From Armatimonadota bacterium (GTDB lineage Bacteria > Armatimonadota > SYMT01): a DNA stretch of 64,000 nt. Below are positions 9,257 to 18,309 of this stretch, piece after piece. Both the position numbers and the translations under genes were made by a program. The DNA lies in NCBI GenBank assembly GCA_046292385.1, contig JBKBRF010000021.1:50668-114667 (forward strand), written 5' to 3'. How positions within the stretch are numbered: the first letter of the stretch is position 1; the number at the start of each line of letters is the position of its first letter. The notes under the pieces are model-generated. The model was not told the DNA's origin. It worked only from the letters and a program-made list of their open reading frames with translations, and ran no database searches.

Positions 9257-10651
9257 ATGTCACGTCTCAACAGCTCCCGATGGATCGTCGGCGGGTTGTG
9301 CGCTGCGCTCACCCTGCTCCTGATCCTCGGTCTGGCGGATCGCTCCGCCGATGCCCAGATCGGCTCGGAGGCGGAAGCCCTTCGGGCCGGATCGCGGTCC
9401 GGCCCGGCACAGCGCTATGAAGCGGCGGCGACAGAAAACGCAGCCAGTCTCTTGAAGGAGGGCCGCCGCGCGTTCCGATTCGACACCTTCGGCAGCGAAG
9501 CGTTCTGGGGAGACACCCTTCAGCTTCACCGGGCGATTGCGGGAGCGAAGCTCGGGGGAGTCGGTCCCGGTCTGAGTCCCGTCGCGGCGCTGGGAGCGGG
9601 CCTCAAGGTCGATGCCGACGCTCTTCCCCCGCGCCTGCTCCGAAAGCTGGGTGCGGGACGCCTCGATCTGAACGACCCGGCGGTCACCCTGGAGCTGCTC
9701 CGGCATGACGCCGTCGTCGGGGTGCGCGGTGTCTTCGACGGCCGCACCCGCGCGCTCAAGTCGGTCGGAATCAACTGCAGCATGTGCCACTCCACGGTGG
9801 ACGACAGCATCGCGCCGGGAATCGGCCGACGCCTGGACGGCTGGGCGAACCGGGACCTAAACGTCGGAGCGATCGCGGCCCTGTCTCCGGACCTTCAGGC
9901 GGTCGCCGGTCTGCTGGGGGTGGATGAGCCGACCGTTCGCACCGTCCTGAACAGCTGGGGCCCCGGCAAGTTCGATGCCGCGCTCTTCCTGGACGGGAAG
10001 GCGTTTCGACCCGATGGGAAGTCCGCCGCCACGCTGATCCCCCCGGCGTTCGGCCTGGCCGGCGTCAACCTCCACACCTGGACCGGATGGGGATCGGTCT
10101 CCCACTGGAACGCCTTCGTGGCTAACCTGGAGATGCACGGCGTGGGGAGCTTCTTCGATCCGAGACTGGATGACGCCGATCGCTTCCCCATCGCCGCCCG
10201 GAACCGCTTCGGGCACGTCACCATGCCGCCCGATCAGGACCGCATCACGGCGAAACTGCCCGCGCTTCAGCTCTATCAGCTCTCGCTCCCGGCGCCGAAA
10301 GCGCCGGCCGGAAGCTACGACCGGCAGGCCGCGGCGCGTGGGCAGCAGGTCTTCCTGGGGGCGGCGCGCTGCGGCAGCTGCCACGTGCCGCCAATCTACA
10401 CGGAGCCTGGCTGGAACATGCACACGCCCGAGGAGATCGGGATCGACTCCTTCCAGGCGGAGCGCGCTCCCGACCGCCGCTACCGCACCGCGCCTCTCAA
10501 GGGCCTGTGGTCGCACCAGAAGGGAGGCTTCTACCACGACGGCCGGTTCCCCACCCTCGGAGCGGTGGTGGATCATTACGACCGCACGTTCCGTCTGCAG
10601 CTTACCGGTCCGCAGAAGACGGACCTGGTCGAGTACCTGAAGTCGCTGTAG
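9257..10651 (+). CDS. Exported di-heme c-type cytochrome (cytochrome c peroxidase/MauG-like superfamily)
   Basis: Signal peptide; CSMCH and CGSCH; C-terminal YRTAPLKGLW...FYHDG...LVEYLKSL. Confidence 0.8.
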   Translation: MSRLNSSRWIVGGLCAALTLLLILGLADRSADAQIGSEAEALRAGSRSGPAQRYEAAATENAASLLKEGRRAFRFDTFGSEAFWGDTLQLHRAIAGAKLGGVGPGLSPVAALGAGLKVDADALPPRLLRKLGAGRLDLNDPAVTLELLRHDAVVGVRGVFDGRTRALKSVGINCSMCHSTVDDSIAPGIGRRLDGWANRDLNVGAIAALSPDLQAVAGLLGVDEPTVRTVLNSWGPGKFDAALFLDGKAFRPDGKSAATLIPPAFGLAGVNLHTWTGWGSVSHWNAFVANLEMHGVGSFFDPRLDDADRFPIAARNRFGHVTMPPDQDRITAKLPALQLYQLSLPAPKAPAGSYDRQAAARGQQVFLGAARCGSCHVPPIYTEPGWNMHTPEEIGIDSFQAERAPDRRYRTAPLKGLWSHQKGGFYHDGRFPTLGAVVDHYDRTFRLQLTGPQKTDLVEYLKSL

Positions 10652-10662
10652 CACGAGCTCGG

Positions 10663-10688
10663 GGCGGCGGGAAACGCTTTCCGCCGCC
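10663..10688. terminator. GC-rich hairpin between convergent genes
   Basis: GGCGGCGGGAAA-CGC-TTTCCGCCGCC. Confidence 0.55.
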
Positions 10689-10699
10689 TCGGCTTCAGG

Positions 10700-11464
10700 C
10701 TACAGCTTCCGCAGGGCGAGGCGGTACTTCCAGGCGTCCTGGGCGCGGTTGTCGCCGTCGGTAAGCTCCACCAGGTAGGGTCCGTCTTCCGGCAGCTTCA
10801 CCTCGATGAAGCAGTCGCCGTAGAAGCTGACGGCGGCGCGCAGCGGAGCCCGGCGCGGATCCCGCAGGCGGAGGACCGGCTCGAACTCGATCGCGGGGTT
10901 CAGCCGCTTAGAGAAGAGCTCGATCCGCCACGTCTCCCCCGCCTTGCCCTGGAACTGGAAGACGTCCGCGCCTTCCTGGTTAAGCGTGCCGAGCACGGTT
11001 ACGGAGCCCGCCGGCAGTTCCTGGGGCTTGCGGAGGTCGTGGTTCGGCTCCTGCTCCTGCGTCTCCGGGGCGGGGACGTCGACGGTTACCTCTCCGCGCG
11101 CCTCGATCTCCTTCTCGCCGGTCAGCAGGAACGGGTAGCGGCCCGGCTTGAGGTCGGCGGCCGGCTCGACCTCCACCTCGACCAGCGAGTTGCCGCGGCG
11201 CTTCTCGGCGTCGTCCTTCGGCATGAAGGTGCCGGCGCGGACCGACTTCACGAGGATCCGGGATTCGTCGAAGCGCAGCGCGGAGGCGGGCAGGTCCTGT
11301 CCGTAGATCTTCAGCGTGGCCGGCTGGCCGGCGGTGACGAACGCCGGCTCTACGAAGCGCACTTCCTTGCGCTCCGGCTTCTGCTGCGCTCCCACCGCCG
11401 CGGCGAGCAGCAGGGCGCCGGAGAGCGCGGTGCTGGCGAGGAAGGCTGTGTTCCACTGCTTCAC
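10700..11464 (-). CDS. Exported protein with Ig-like and PPC (pre-peptidase C-terminal)-like domains
   Basis: GTG start overlaps the upstream TGA (GTGA); signal peptide; EQEPN...ADVFQFQGKAGE...FEPVLRL...LPEDGPY pattern. Confidence 0.75.
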   Translation of the reverse strand: MKQWNTAFLASTALSGALLLAAAVGAQQKPERKEVRFVEPAFVTAGQPATLKIYGQDLPASALRFDESRILVKSVRAGTFMPKDDAEKRRGNSLVEVEVEPAADLKPGRYPFLLTGEKEIEARGEVTVDVPAPETQEQEPNHDLRKPQELPAGSVTVLGTLNQEGADVFQFQGKAGETWRIELFSKRLNPAIEFEPVLRLRDPRRAPLRAAVSFYGDCFIEVKLPEDGPYLVELTDGDNRAQDAWKYRLALRKL

Positions 11465-12915
11465 TTCGCCGCCTCCGAGGTCGCCGCTACCTGGCTGGCG
11501 GCCGGTCCGATCGCCAGCGAGCGCAGCAGCTTGCCGTCCTCCGCGTTCCAGAAGTAGACCTTGCCGTCCCCCGCGCCGGCCGCCGCGGTCTTGCCGTCCG
11601 GCGAGAGGGCGACGGAGTAGACCCAGTCCTGCGCGTCCTGCAGCTCCCGCTTGTGGTCGCTCACCTCCGCGTTCCAGAGGCGGACGCGCCGGTTGGTGGC
11701 TCCCCAGGCAAAGCGGGATCCGTCCGCGCTGAAGGTGATGGAGCAGACCGGCTCCCCCTCCCCGTGCTCCCGCAGCGGGTTGCGGTTCCCTTCGGACTTC
11801 ACGGGCCACACGCGGACCCGTTTCTCCGCGCAGGTGACCAGCACGTCTCCCCTGGGGCTGAACGCCACCCCGGATACCCCCTCGCCGTGTGTCAGGGTGG
11901 TCGGCAGCTTGGACGTGCCGGCTTCGTAGAGACGGGCGGTGCGGTCCAGGCTGCTGGTGGCGAGCCACTTGCCGTCGGCGCTGTAGGCGACCCCCGTCAC
12001 CGGGGCGACGTGGTCTTTCAGGATGCGCGTGACCTTGCCGGTGCCGAGGTCCCAGAGCCGCGCGGTGCGGTCCTGACCCGCGGTCGCCAGCTCTTCCGTG
12101 CCGGGCCGCCAGGCGACCGCGTTGATCGTATCGGTGTGGTCGCGCAGCACCCGGGGTTTGGCGGCGGGGGTCTTCACGCTCCAGACGCAGACCTCGCCAG
12201 AGGTTCCGGGGCTGCCGCCCGCGGCGGCCAGGCGGGCACTGTCCGAAGACCACGCCAGCGAGAGCACCTGGTCCGCCGCGCCGGTCAGCGTCTCCTTCAC
12301 CTCGCCGGTCGCCGGATCGAGCAGGCGCACCGCGCGGTAGCCGCCGACTGCCAGCCGCGTGCCGTCCGGAGAGTAGGCGAGCGCGGTGACGGGGGCCGAC
12401 TGGATCACCGCAGCGGGGAGAAAGCGCTGGTGACCGGTAGGAACGGCGGCGCCGCCGGGACGGCGCTGCATCGGCATCGCGCCGCGCATGATGCCGCCCT
12501 TCTCCACGGGGGCGACCATGCTGTCGACCTTCGCCCCCTCGTCGATCCAGCGGCGGACCAGGGCGATCGTCTCCAGGTCGAGCGGCTTGCCGGGAGGCAT
12601 CTGGGGCTTCAGCTCGCCGGTAAGGTACTTCACCAGCGTGCTCTCCTTGCTCTTGCCGGGGACCACGGCGCGGCCGTGGCGCCCGCCGGCGAAGAGCTTC
12701 TCCTGGCTCTCCAGGCTGTAACCGCCCGGCGCCGCGGAGCCTTTGTGGCAGGAGAGGCACTCCCGGTTGAGCATCGGGAGCACCTGCTTGCTGAAGACCA
12801 CGGGGGCCGGCGCCGCCGTCCCGGGCCTGGCCAGCGAGAGGAGAGCAGTCCCTCCGGCGAGTACGGCGGCGAGCGCCCCGGCGGCGCGGAGAGAGACCGA
12901 ACGATACTTCGTCAT
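11461..12915 (-). CDS. Planctomycete-type cytochrome c domain + WD40 repeat protein
   Basis: Signal peptide; CLSCH...VVPGKS...MPP...WIDEGA; about 7 WD40 repeats. Confidence 0.9.
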   Translation of the reverse strand: MTKYRSVSLRAAGALAAVLAGGTALLSLARPGTAAPAPVVFSKQVLPMLNRECLSCHKGSAAPGGYSLESQEKLFAGGRHGRAVVPGKSKESTLVKYLTGELKPQMPPGKPLDLETIALVRRWIDEGAKVDSMVAPVEKGGIMRGAMPMQRRPGGAAVPTGHQRFLPAAVIQSAPVTALAYSPDGTRLAVGGYRAVRLLDPATGEVKETLTGAADQVLSLAWSSDSARLAAAGGSPGTSGEVCVWSVKTPAAKPRVLRDHTDTINAVAWRPGTEELATAGQDRTARLWDLGTGKVTRILKDHVAPVTGVAYSADGKWLATSSLDRTARLYEAGTSKLPTTLTHGEGVSGVAFSPRGDVLVTCAEKRVRVWPVKSEGNRNPLREHGEGEPVCSITFSADGSRFAWGATNRRVRLWNAEVSDHKRELQDAQDWVYSVALSPDGKTAAAGAGDGKVYFWNAEDGKLLRSLAIGPAASQVAATSEAAK

Positions 12916-14249
12916 CCGTACAGCTCGTGGATCGGCTCGGCGTCGGTCAGGATCCGCACCGGCCGGCCGGACGGCGTCTGCAGCTCCTTGTGGTAGTCGA
13001 CTCCCAGGGCGTCGTAGATCGTGGCGGCCACCTCGTGCGGGCGGACCGGCCGGTCCAGCACGTACTCGCCGCGGTCATCCGTGGTGCCGATCACCTGGCC
13101 GCCGCGCACCCCCGCCCCCGCGAAGAGCATCGAGCCGGCGTGGGCCCAGTGGTCGCGGCCGGCGTCCTTGTTGATCGTGGCGGTGCGGCCGAAGTCGCCG
13201 AACATCGCGACCAGCGTCTCGTCCAGCAGGCCGCGGTCCTTCATGTCGCGGAGCAGCGCCGCCACCGCCTGGTCCCACGGCTTCAGCATCTTGTCGCAGT
13301 TCTCGAAGATCTGGGCGTGGTGGTCCCAGGCGCTGTACTGCAGGAAGACGAACCGCACGTTCGCCTCCACCATCCGCCGGGCCAGCAGCGCCTGCATGCC
13401 CCAGCGGTCGCTCTTGCCGTACGCTTCCTTCGTCTTGTCGCTCTCCTTTGAGAGATCGAACGCCTGGCGCGCCTCTTCGGAAAGGACCATCTGCGCGGCC
13501 CGCTGGTAGAACGAGTCCATCGAGCGCAGCCCGTCGTTCCCCTCCACCCGCTTCGCCAGCGTGTCGACCGCGGAGAGCAGCCCCTTCCGGCGCTGGAGCC
13601 GGTCTTCCTTCACGTCCGGCTGGAGCCCCAGGTTCGGCACCTTCCAGTTGCCCTGCGACGGATCGCCGGTCTTGAACGACTCGTAGCGCTCGCCGAGCCA
13701 GGCTGCCTTGCCGAGCTCCCAGGTGAAGGAGTGGTTGCGCGGGATGGCGACATACGGCGGGAGCGAGTTGACCGCCTTCGTCTCGTGCGCCACGATGGCG
13801 CCGATCGCCGGGTAGTCGCCGCCCTGGGCCGTGCCGTAGTTGCCGGTGAGCATCCACTGCGCCGCCGTCTCGTGATGGTCGCTGCCCGCCACCTGGGAGC
13901 GGACCAGCGTGTAGAGGTCGTTGCACTGGGCGAGCTGCGGCACCTGGTCGGTGTACTGGACGCCCGCCAGCTTCGTCGGAATCACGCCGTACTTGCCGCG
14001 GATCTCCGACGGCGCCTGCGGCTTGGGATCGAGCGTGTCGTGGTGCGTCAGCCCGCCGCCGAGGTAGATCACCAGCACGTTCTTCGCCCGCGGCTTCCGC
14101 ACGGAGCCGCTCGCGGCGGCGGCCGACTCAGCACGCAGCAGGTCCGCAAGCGACAGCCCCAGCACCGAGAGGCTTCCCGCGCGCAGCACGTCGCGCCGGC
14201 TCACCCCGTCGCACTGCCGGTCCCTCGCCTTGCCGTAGAACGAAAGCAT
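12912..14249 (-). CDS. DUF1501 family protein
   Basis: SRRDVL Tat-like start; GGLTHHDTLDPKP, WDHH and GDFGRT...GRDHW motifs. Confidence 0.92.
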   Translation of the reverse strand: MLSFYGKARDRQCDGVSRRDVLRAGSLSVLGLSLADLLRAESAAAASGSVRKPRAKNVLVIYLGGGLTHHDTLDPKPQAPSEIRGKYGVIPTKLAGVQYTDQVPQLAQCNDLYTLVRSQVAGSDHHETAAQWMLTGNYGTAQGGDYPAIGAIVAHETKAVNSLPPYVAIPRNHSFTWELGKAAWLGERYESFKTGDPSQGNWKVPNLGLQPDVKEDRLQRRKGLLSAVDTLAKRVEGNDGLRSMDSFYQRAAQMVLSEEARQAFDLSKESDKTKEAYGKSDRWGMQALLARRMVEANVRFVFLQYSAWDHHAQIFENCDKMLKPWDQAVAALLRDMKDRGLLDETLVAMFGDFGRTATINKDAGRDHWAHAGSMLFAGAGVRGGQVIGTTDDRGEYVLDRPVRPHEVAATIYDALGVDYHKELQTPSGRPVRILTDAEPIHELYG

Positions 14250-14393
14250 CTCGTATCCCCTCAACTGTTATTCGTTAGCTTCAGCCGCTTGTCGGCAGCG
14301 AATGGGGGCAATGGCGAGTCGAAGAGTGGGAGAACCCGCTCCCGGGTTTCGGCGCGCCCATTCCCCCACTCCCCCTTGCTCCCACTCAGCTCG

Positions 14394-16943
14394 TCAGTGA
14401 TTGAACATGAACTCTTTGCTGTTAAGGAGCGCCCACAGGACGTCCTGCATTCCTTCGTCGCGGTTCGGAGCCTGCGCGAGCGCCTGCTGCACCGCCGCCA
14501 GCTCGCGGGCGTCCGGGCGGCGCGCGAACGCAGTCAGGTAGAGCTCCTCGATGATCTCCGGGTCCTTCTTCCCGCTCTTCAGAAGCCGGGCGAGCTTCCC
14601 CTCTCCGTGCTTCAACTTGCCCTGCAGCGCCTCGCCGTTGTAGAGGTCGAGCGCGGCGGTCAGGCTCGGAGCGCTGCTGCGGTCGCATTCGCACGGCGTG
14701 GTGCGCACCGGGCGGCCGAACGTATCGAGCGCCAGCGACGGCAGCTCCGGATCGGAGAGCTCGATGGCCCGCGTGCCGATCGGGTAGGACGCATACCGGT
14801 CCGGGACCCCGGTTACCTGGGCAATGGCGTCGACCAGCTCCTCCGCGGGCAGCCGGCGGGCCGGGTAGTGGGAGAAGAACTGCGAGTCGACCCGGTTGGC
14901 GGGGGTGGCGGCGGCGCTCGACTGGTAGGTGCGCGACTTCATGATCGTCGCCATCAGGTACTTCAGGTCGTACTGGTGGGCTACCAGGTCCTTCGCCAGC
15001 GCCGCCAGCAGCGCTTCGTTCCGCGGCGGGTTGGCGCTGCTCATGTCGTCGACCGGATCGACGATCCCGATTCCGAACAGCCGCGCCCAGACGCGGTTGG
15101 CGATACTGCGGGAGAAGAGATCGCGACCGTCGCCGTGGAGCCACTTCAGGAACGCCTGGCGGCGGTCCTCGCCCTCTTTCAACAGGAGTGGCTTGCGATC
15201 GAGCGACATCGGCGTGACGATCTGCCCCGTGCGCAGGTGCCGCACGTCGCCTTTGTCGTTCGGGAGCAGCCGCTCCGGCACCGGGTCGCCGCGGCCGTCG
15301 CCGTTCACCTGCGCGAAGAGCGCGGCGAAGCGATAGTAGTCGTCCTGCGTGTACTTCTCGGTTGGGTGGTTGTGGCACTTGGCGCACTGCAGGCGCTGGC
15401 CCAGGAAGACCTGCGCCACCGTCTCCGCCGTCAGCTCGTAATGGCGCACCCAGCCGCGGCTGTTGGGGCGCGTCATCTGCCGGCTCACCCACCAGAGCGC
15501 CTGGGGCTGCTCTTCCACGCTGCCGGTGACGCCGATCAGGTCCGCCGCCAGCTCGTCCCACGGGCGGTTGGCGCGGAACTGCTCCGTGAGCCACTGGTTC
15601 AGCGCGACGGTGTACTTCCGACCCATGTGCTCCTTGCGGACCATGGAGACGTCGCACAGCTTGAGCGCCCAGACGGAGCCGTACTCCGGCCGCTGCAGCA
15701 CCGCCTCGATCAACCGGTCGCGCTTGTCCGGTCGGGGATCATCCAGGAACGCGCGCGCCTCTTCGGCGGTCGGGAGCGTGCCAAGCGCGTCGACATAGAC
15801 GCGCCGCACGAATTCCGCGTCGGTGCAGAGCGGGCTCACGTCCAGGTTCAGCTCGCGCAGGCGCCGGAAGACCGCCGAATCGACGTAGTTGACCGCTTTC
15901 GGGTAAGCGGCGGCGATCTTGTTCGGGAACGGCACGGTCACTTGCAGCACGCCGAGCAGGTCCATGTACTTCGCCTGGACTGCGGTCGCGCCCGGGTTGA
16001 GCGCCGTCACCTCTCCGCTCGCGGTGACGTCCGCCACGCCGACGTCGGTCGACTTGAAGACGGTCTGATCGGTCACGTCCCGCACGGTGCCGTCGGAGAA
16101 GGTCGCCTGCACGACGGCGCGCTGCGTCTCTTTCGGGCGGTACATCCGGTCGCCGGGGAAGACCTGCAGCGAGACGAGGCGGGGGTCGCTCTCATCCGGC
16201 CCGGCGGCGCCCTGCATGATCCAGCCGAGGAGCGTGTAGTACTCTGGGCTTCCCTTCTCCAGCGGCTTGCCGCCGCCGTGAGGCACCTCCATCAGCGCCT
16301 TGCGGAGCAGCAGGCTCTGCTCCGGCGCCTCGCGGGAGATGCGGCGCCCGGCCTGCTCCCGGGTGATGGAAAGGAAGTCGAGCTCCGGCGCGTAGCCGCG
16401 CAGGGAGAGCTTGAATCCGCCCTTGCCGGAATTGGCGCCGTGGCAGGTGCCCTGGCTGCAGCCGAGCCGCGCCAGCACGGGGACCACTTCGTTCCGAAAC
16501 GAGTAGGAGACGGGGCGATCCGCGCCACTGACGCTGACGTGGACCTTCGCCACCTTACCGCCGTAGCGCGCCGCCAGCACGCCCTTCCCGTTGCTGCGAG
16601 CGGAGACCTTGCCGCCGCCGACACCGATCACCTTCGGCGCGGAGGTGGTGAGCTTCGCCTGCGCCGTGAGGTCGACCTGGCGTCCGTCGGCGAGCGTGCC
16701 CATCACCAGCAGTCGCTGCGTGGCGATCGGGCCGTGGAGCGCCACGGCCGGCGGGAGGAGCGTGAGGCGGACCACCTTCGGCGCCGCGGGCTCCGCGGCT
16801 TTGGACCGGCTGCTCGCCGCCTTCGGCGCGGCCGGCGGCTTCGCGACCTCGCGCGGCGCTCCGGCGGCGGGCACGAGCGGAAGCAGGAGCGCGGTAGCGA
16901 CGAGCACGGCGCGGCGGAACCTGATGGAGCTCAAATCAATCAC
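14394..16943 (-). CDS. DUF1549/DUF1553 protein with Ig-like (Big_2) domains and CxxxxCH/CxxCH motifs
   Basis: GCSQGTCHG, LCTDAEFVRRVYVD, LQCAKCHNHP, ANRVWARLFG.G and NSKEFMFNH. Confidence 0.92.
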   Translation of the reverse strand: MIDLSSIRFRRAVLVATALLLPLVPAAGAPREVAKPPAAPKAASSRSKAAEPAAPKVVRLTLLPPAVALHGPIATQRLLVMGTLADGRQVDLTAQAKLTTSAPKVIGVGGGKVSARSNGKGVLAARYGGKVAKVHVSVSGADRPVSYSFRNEVVPVLARLGCSQGTCHGANSGKGGFKLSLRGYAPELDFLSITREQAGRRISREAPEQSLLLRKALMEVPHGGGKPLEKGSPEYYTLLGWIMQGAAGPDESDPRLVSLQVFPGDRMYRPKETQRAVVQATFSDGTVRDVTDQTVFKSTDVGVADVTASGEVTALNPGATAVQAKYMDLLGVLQVTVPFPNKIAAAYPKAVNYVDSAVFRRLRELNLDVSPLCTDAEFVRRVYVDALGTLPTAEEARAFLDDPRPDKRDRLIEAVLQRPEYGSVWALKLCDVSMVRKEHMGRKYTVALNQWLTEQFRANRPWDELAADLIGVTGSVEEQPQALWWVSRQMTRPNSRGWVRHYELTAETVAQVFLGQRLQCAKCHNHPTEKYTQDDYYRFAALFAQVNGDGRGDPVPERLLPNDKGDVRHLRTGQIVTPMSLDRKPLLLKEGEDRRQAFLKWLHGDGRDLFSRSIANRVWARLFGIGIVDPVDDMSSANPPRNEALLAALAKDLVAHQYDLKYLMATIMKSRTYQSSAAATPANRVDSQFFSHYPARRLPAEELVDAIAQVTGVPDRYASYPIGTRAIELSDPELPSLALDTFGRPVRTTPCECDRSSAPSLTAALDLYNGEALQGKLKHGEGKLARLLKSGKKDPEIIEELYLTAFARRPDARELAAVQQALAQAPNRDEGMQDVLWALLNSKEFMFNH

Positions 16944-17203
16944 CTACATTGAGAGCCGGAGCGACGGATACGGTTTCAGTTGGGATTGTATTGCCTGCCG
17001 GAGGATCGTCCCGCTGCTCCGCTAGAAATTGGCGCTCCCGGAGGAAACTTCCGCGGACACTGCGCACGCATTTATCGATACCAGGCGAGCTTTTCGGGAC
17101 GGGTTTGAGCCATCCGTCGGACGGCAAGAGCAGACCCGGAGGGCTTTCGGGTCCGAGACGGCGAGAGGCGGAGAGGTCCGGGCGAGCTCGGCTGGGCTGG
17201 AGT

Positions 17204-18268
17204 ATGGCGATGAGCGCGGACTTCAAGAAATGGCGAGGCATCCTCGCGGTGGCGGGGCTTGCCATCGGGGCGTTCTTCGGGGGCCGGGCGCTGCCCACGT
17301 TCAGCGACCCAGAGCCCCCGGCCGCCCCCGCCCCCACACCGCCGCGGCCGCCTGCCCCGTTCGGCGCAGCGGCCCCGGCGGCGCCCGCTCCGGCGACCCC
17401 GCGCACCCCCGCGCCGCCGCCGGTAGCGACGGTGCAGTCCTCGATCGATCCGTTCGCCTTCCTTCGCCGCCCGGAGCCGGCTCCGATAAACCCGGCCGCG
17501 GACCGCCTGGCGCGGCTCCAGGCGGTACTGGACGAGGAGGCGACTCGCGTGCCGGGGTTCTTCAGCGCTCACGTGCGGCTGGAGGACGGCGGTGAGGCGG
17601 GCGTGAACGCCTACCAGCCGATGGAGGGCGCCAGCCTGATCAAGGTGCCGGTGATGGCGGCGCTCTACGCCGCGTGGGACGCCGGGTTCACCAGGCGGAC
17701 CAATGAAGACGAGCAGAAGCTGCGGCAGATGGTCACCCGGAGCCGGAACATCCCGACCAACCACTTCATCGAGAAGCTGGGGATGCAGCGGATCAACGCG
17801 TGGCTGGCGGCGAACAGTTACGGCTCCACCGGAATCATCGACCGCGTCCTCTCCCCCTCCCCCATCGGCGCGAACCAGACGACCGCGGCCGACATGACCC
17901 GGATGCTGCAGCAGATCGTGCGCGGGGAGCTGGTCAGCCCGGAGGCGAGCCTGGAGATGCGTGAGCTGCTGCTGGACCAGCGGTGGCGCGACCGGATCCC
18001 GGCGGGAATTCCGGACGAGGCGGTAGTCGGCAACAAAACCGGCACGCTGAGCGTGGTGCTGCACGACGTCGCGTTCGTGGAGCCGCCGCGCGGGCCGCGC
18101 TACACCGTCGCCATCATGATCGCGCGGCCGTCCCGCGCCGAGGTCAAGGCGGAGACGATCGAACGGATCAGCCGGCGGATCTACACCGTCATCGCCGGCG
18201 TTCCTTCGCCCCAGCAGGGGAGTAACCAGTGGCCTCGCCCGAGTCGACTGCCGCACCGCTGGGGTTAA
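17204..18268 (+). CDS. Serine hydrolase, class A beta-lactamase-like (PBP-like), with TM anchor and Pro-rich linker
   Basis: SxxK (ASLIK), SxN (SRN) and KTG motifs. Confidence 0.88.
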   Translation: MAMSADFKKWRGILAVAGLAIGAFFGGRALPTFSDPEPPAAPAPTPPRPPAPFGAAAPAAPAPATPRTPAPPPVATVQSSIDPFAFLRRPEPAPINPAADRLARLQAVLDEEATRVPGFFSAHVRLEDGGEAGVNAYQPMEGASLIKVPVMAALYAAWDAGFTRRTNEDEQKLRQMVTRSRNIPTNHFIEKLGMQRINAWLAANSYGSTGIIDRVLSPSPIGANQTTAADMTRMLQQIVRGELVSPEASLEMRELLLDQRWRDRIPAGIPDEAVVGNKTGTLSVVLHDVAFVEPPRGPRYTVAIMIARPSRAEVKAETIERISRRIYTVIAGVPSPQQGSNQWPRPSRLPHRWG

Positions 18269-18309
18269 GTCGCACCGCTGCCTGGGGACAAGATGTTCGG
18301 GGTGCGGAC

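Noticed and set aside
10700..12760. 686-aa ORF suggesting a fusion or frameshift with the WD40 gene
   Set aside because: The upstream part is Arg/Gly-rich off-frame sequence; a GTG with signal peptide at 11464 explains the real gene
13731..16952. 1073-aa plus-strand ORF and similar long ORFs (681-3038, 43206-46079, 53335-56514, 57127-59484)
   Set aside because: Antisense shadows of well-supported genes; expected in ~70% GC DNA
17204..18268. Bona fide class A beta-lactamase resistance gene
   Set aside because: Has SxxK/SxN/KTG but no evident omega-loop ExxLN; membrane-anchored; more likely PBP-like
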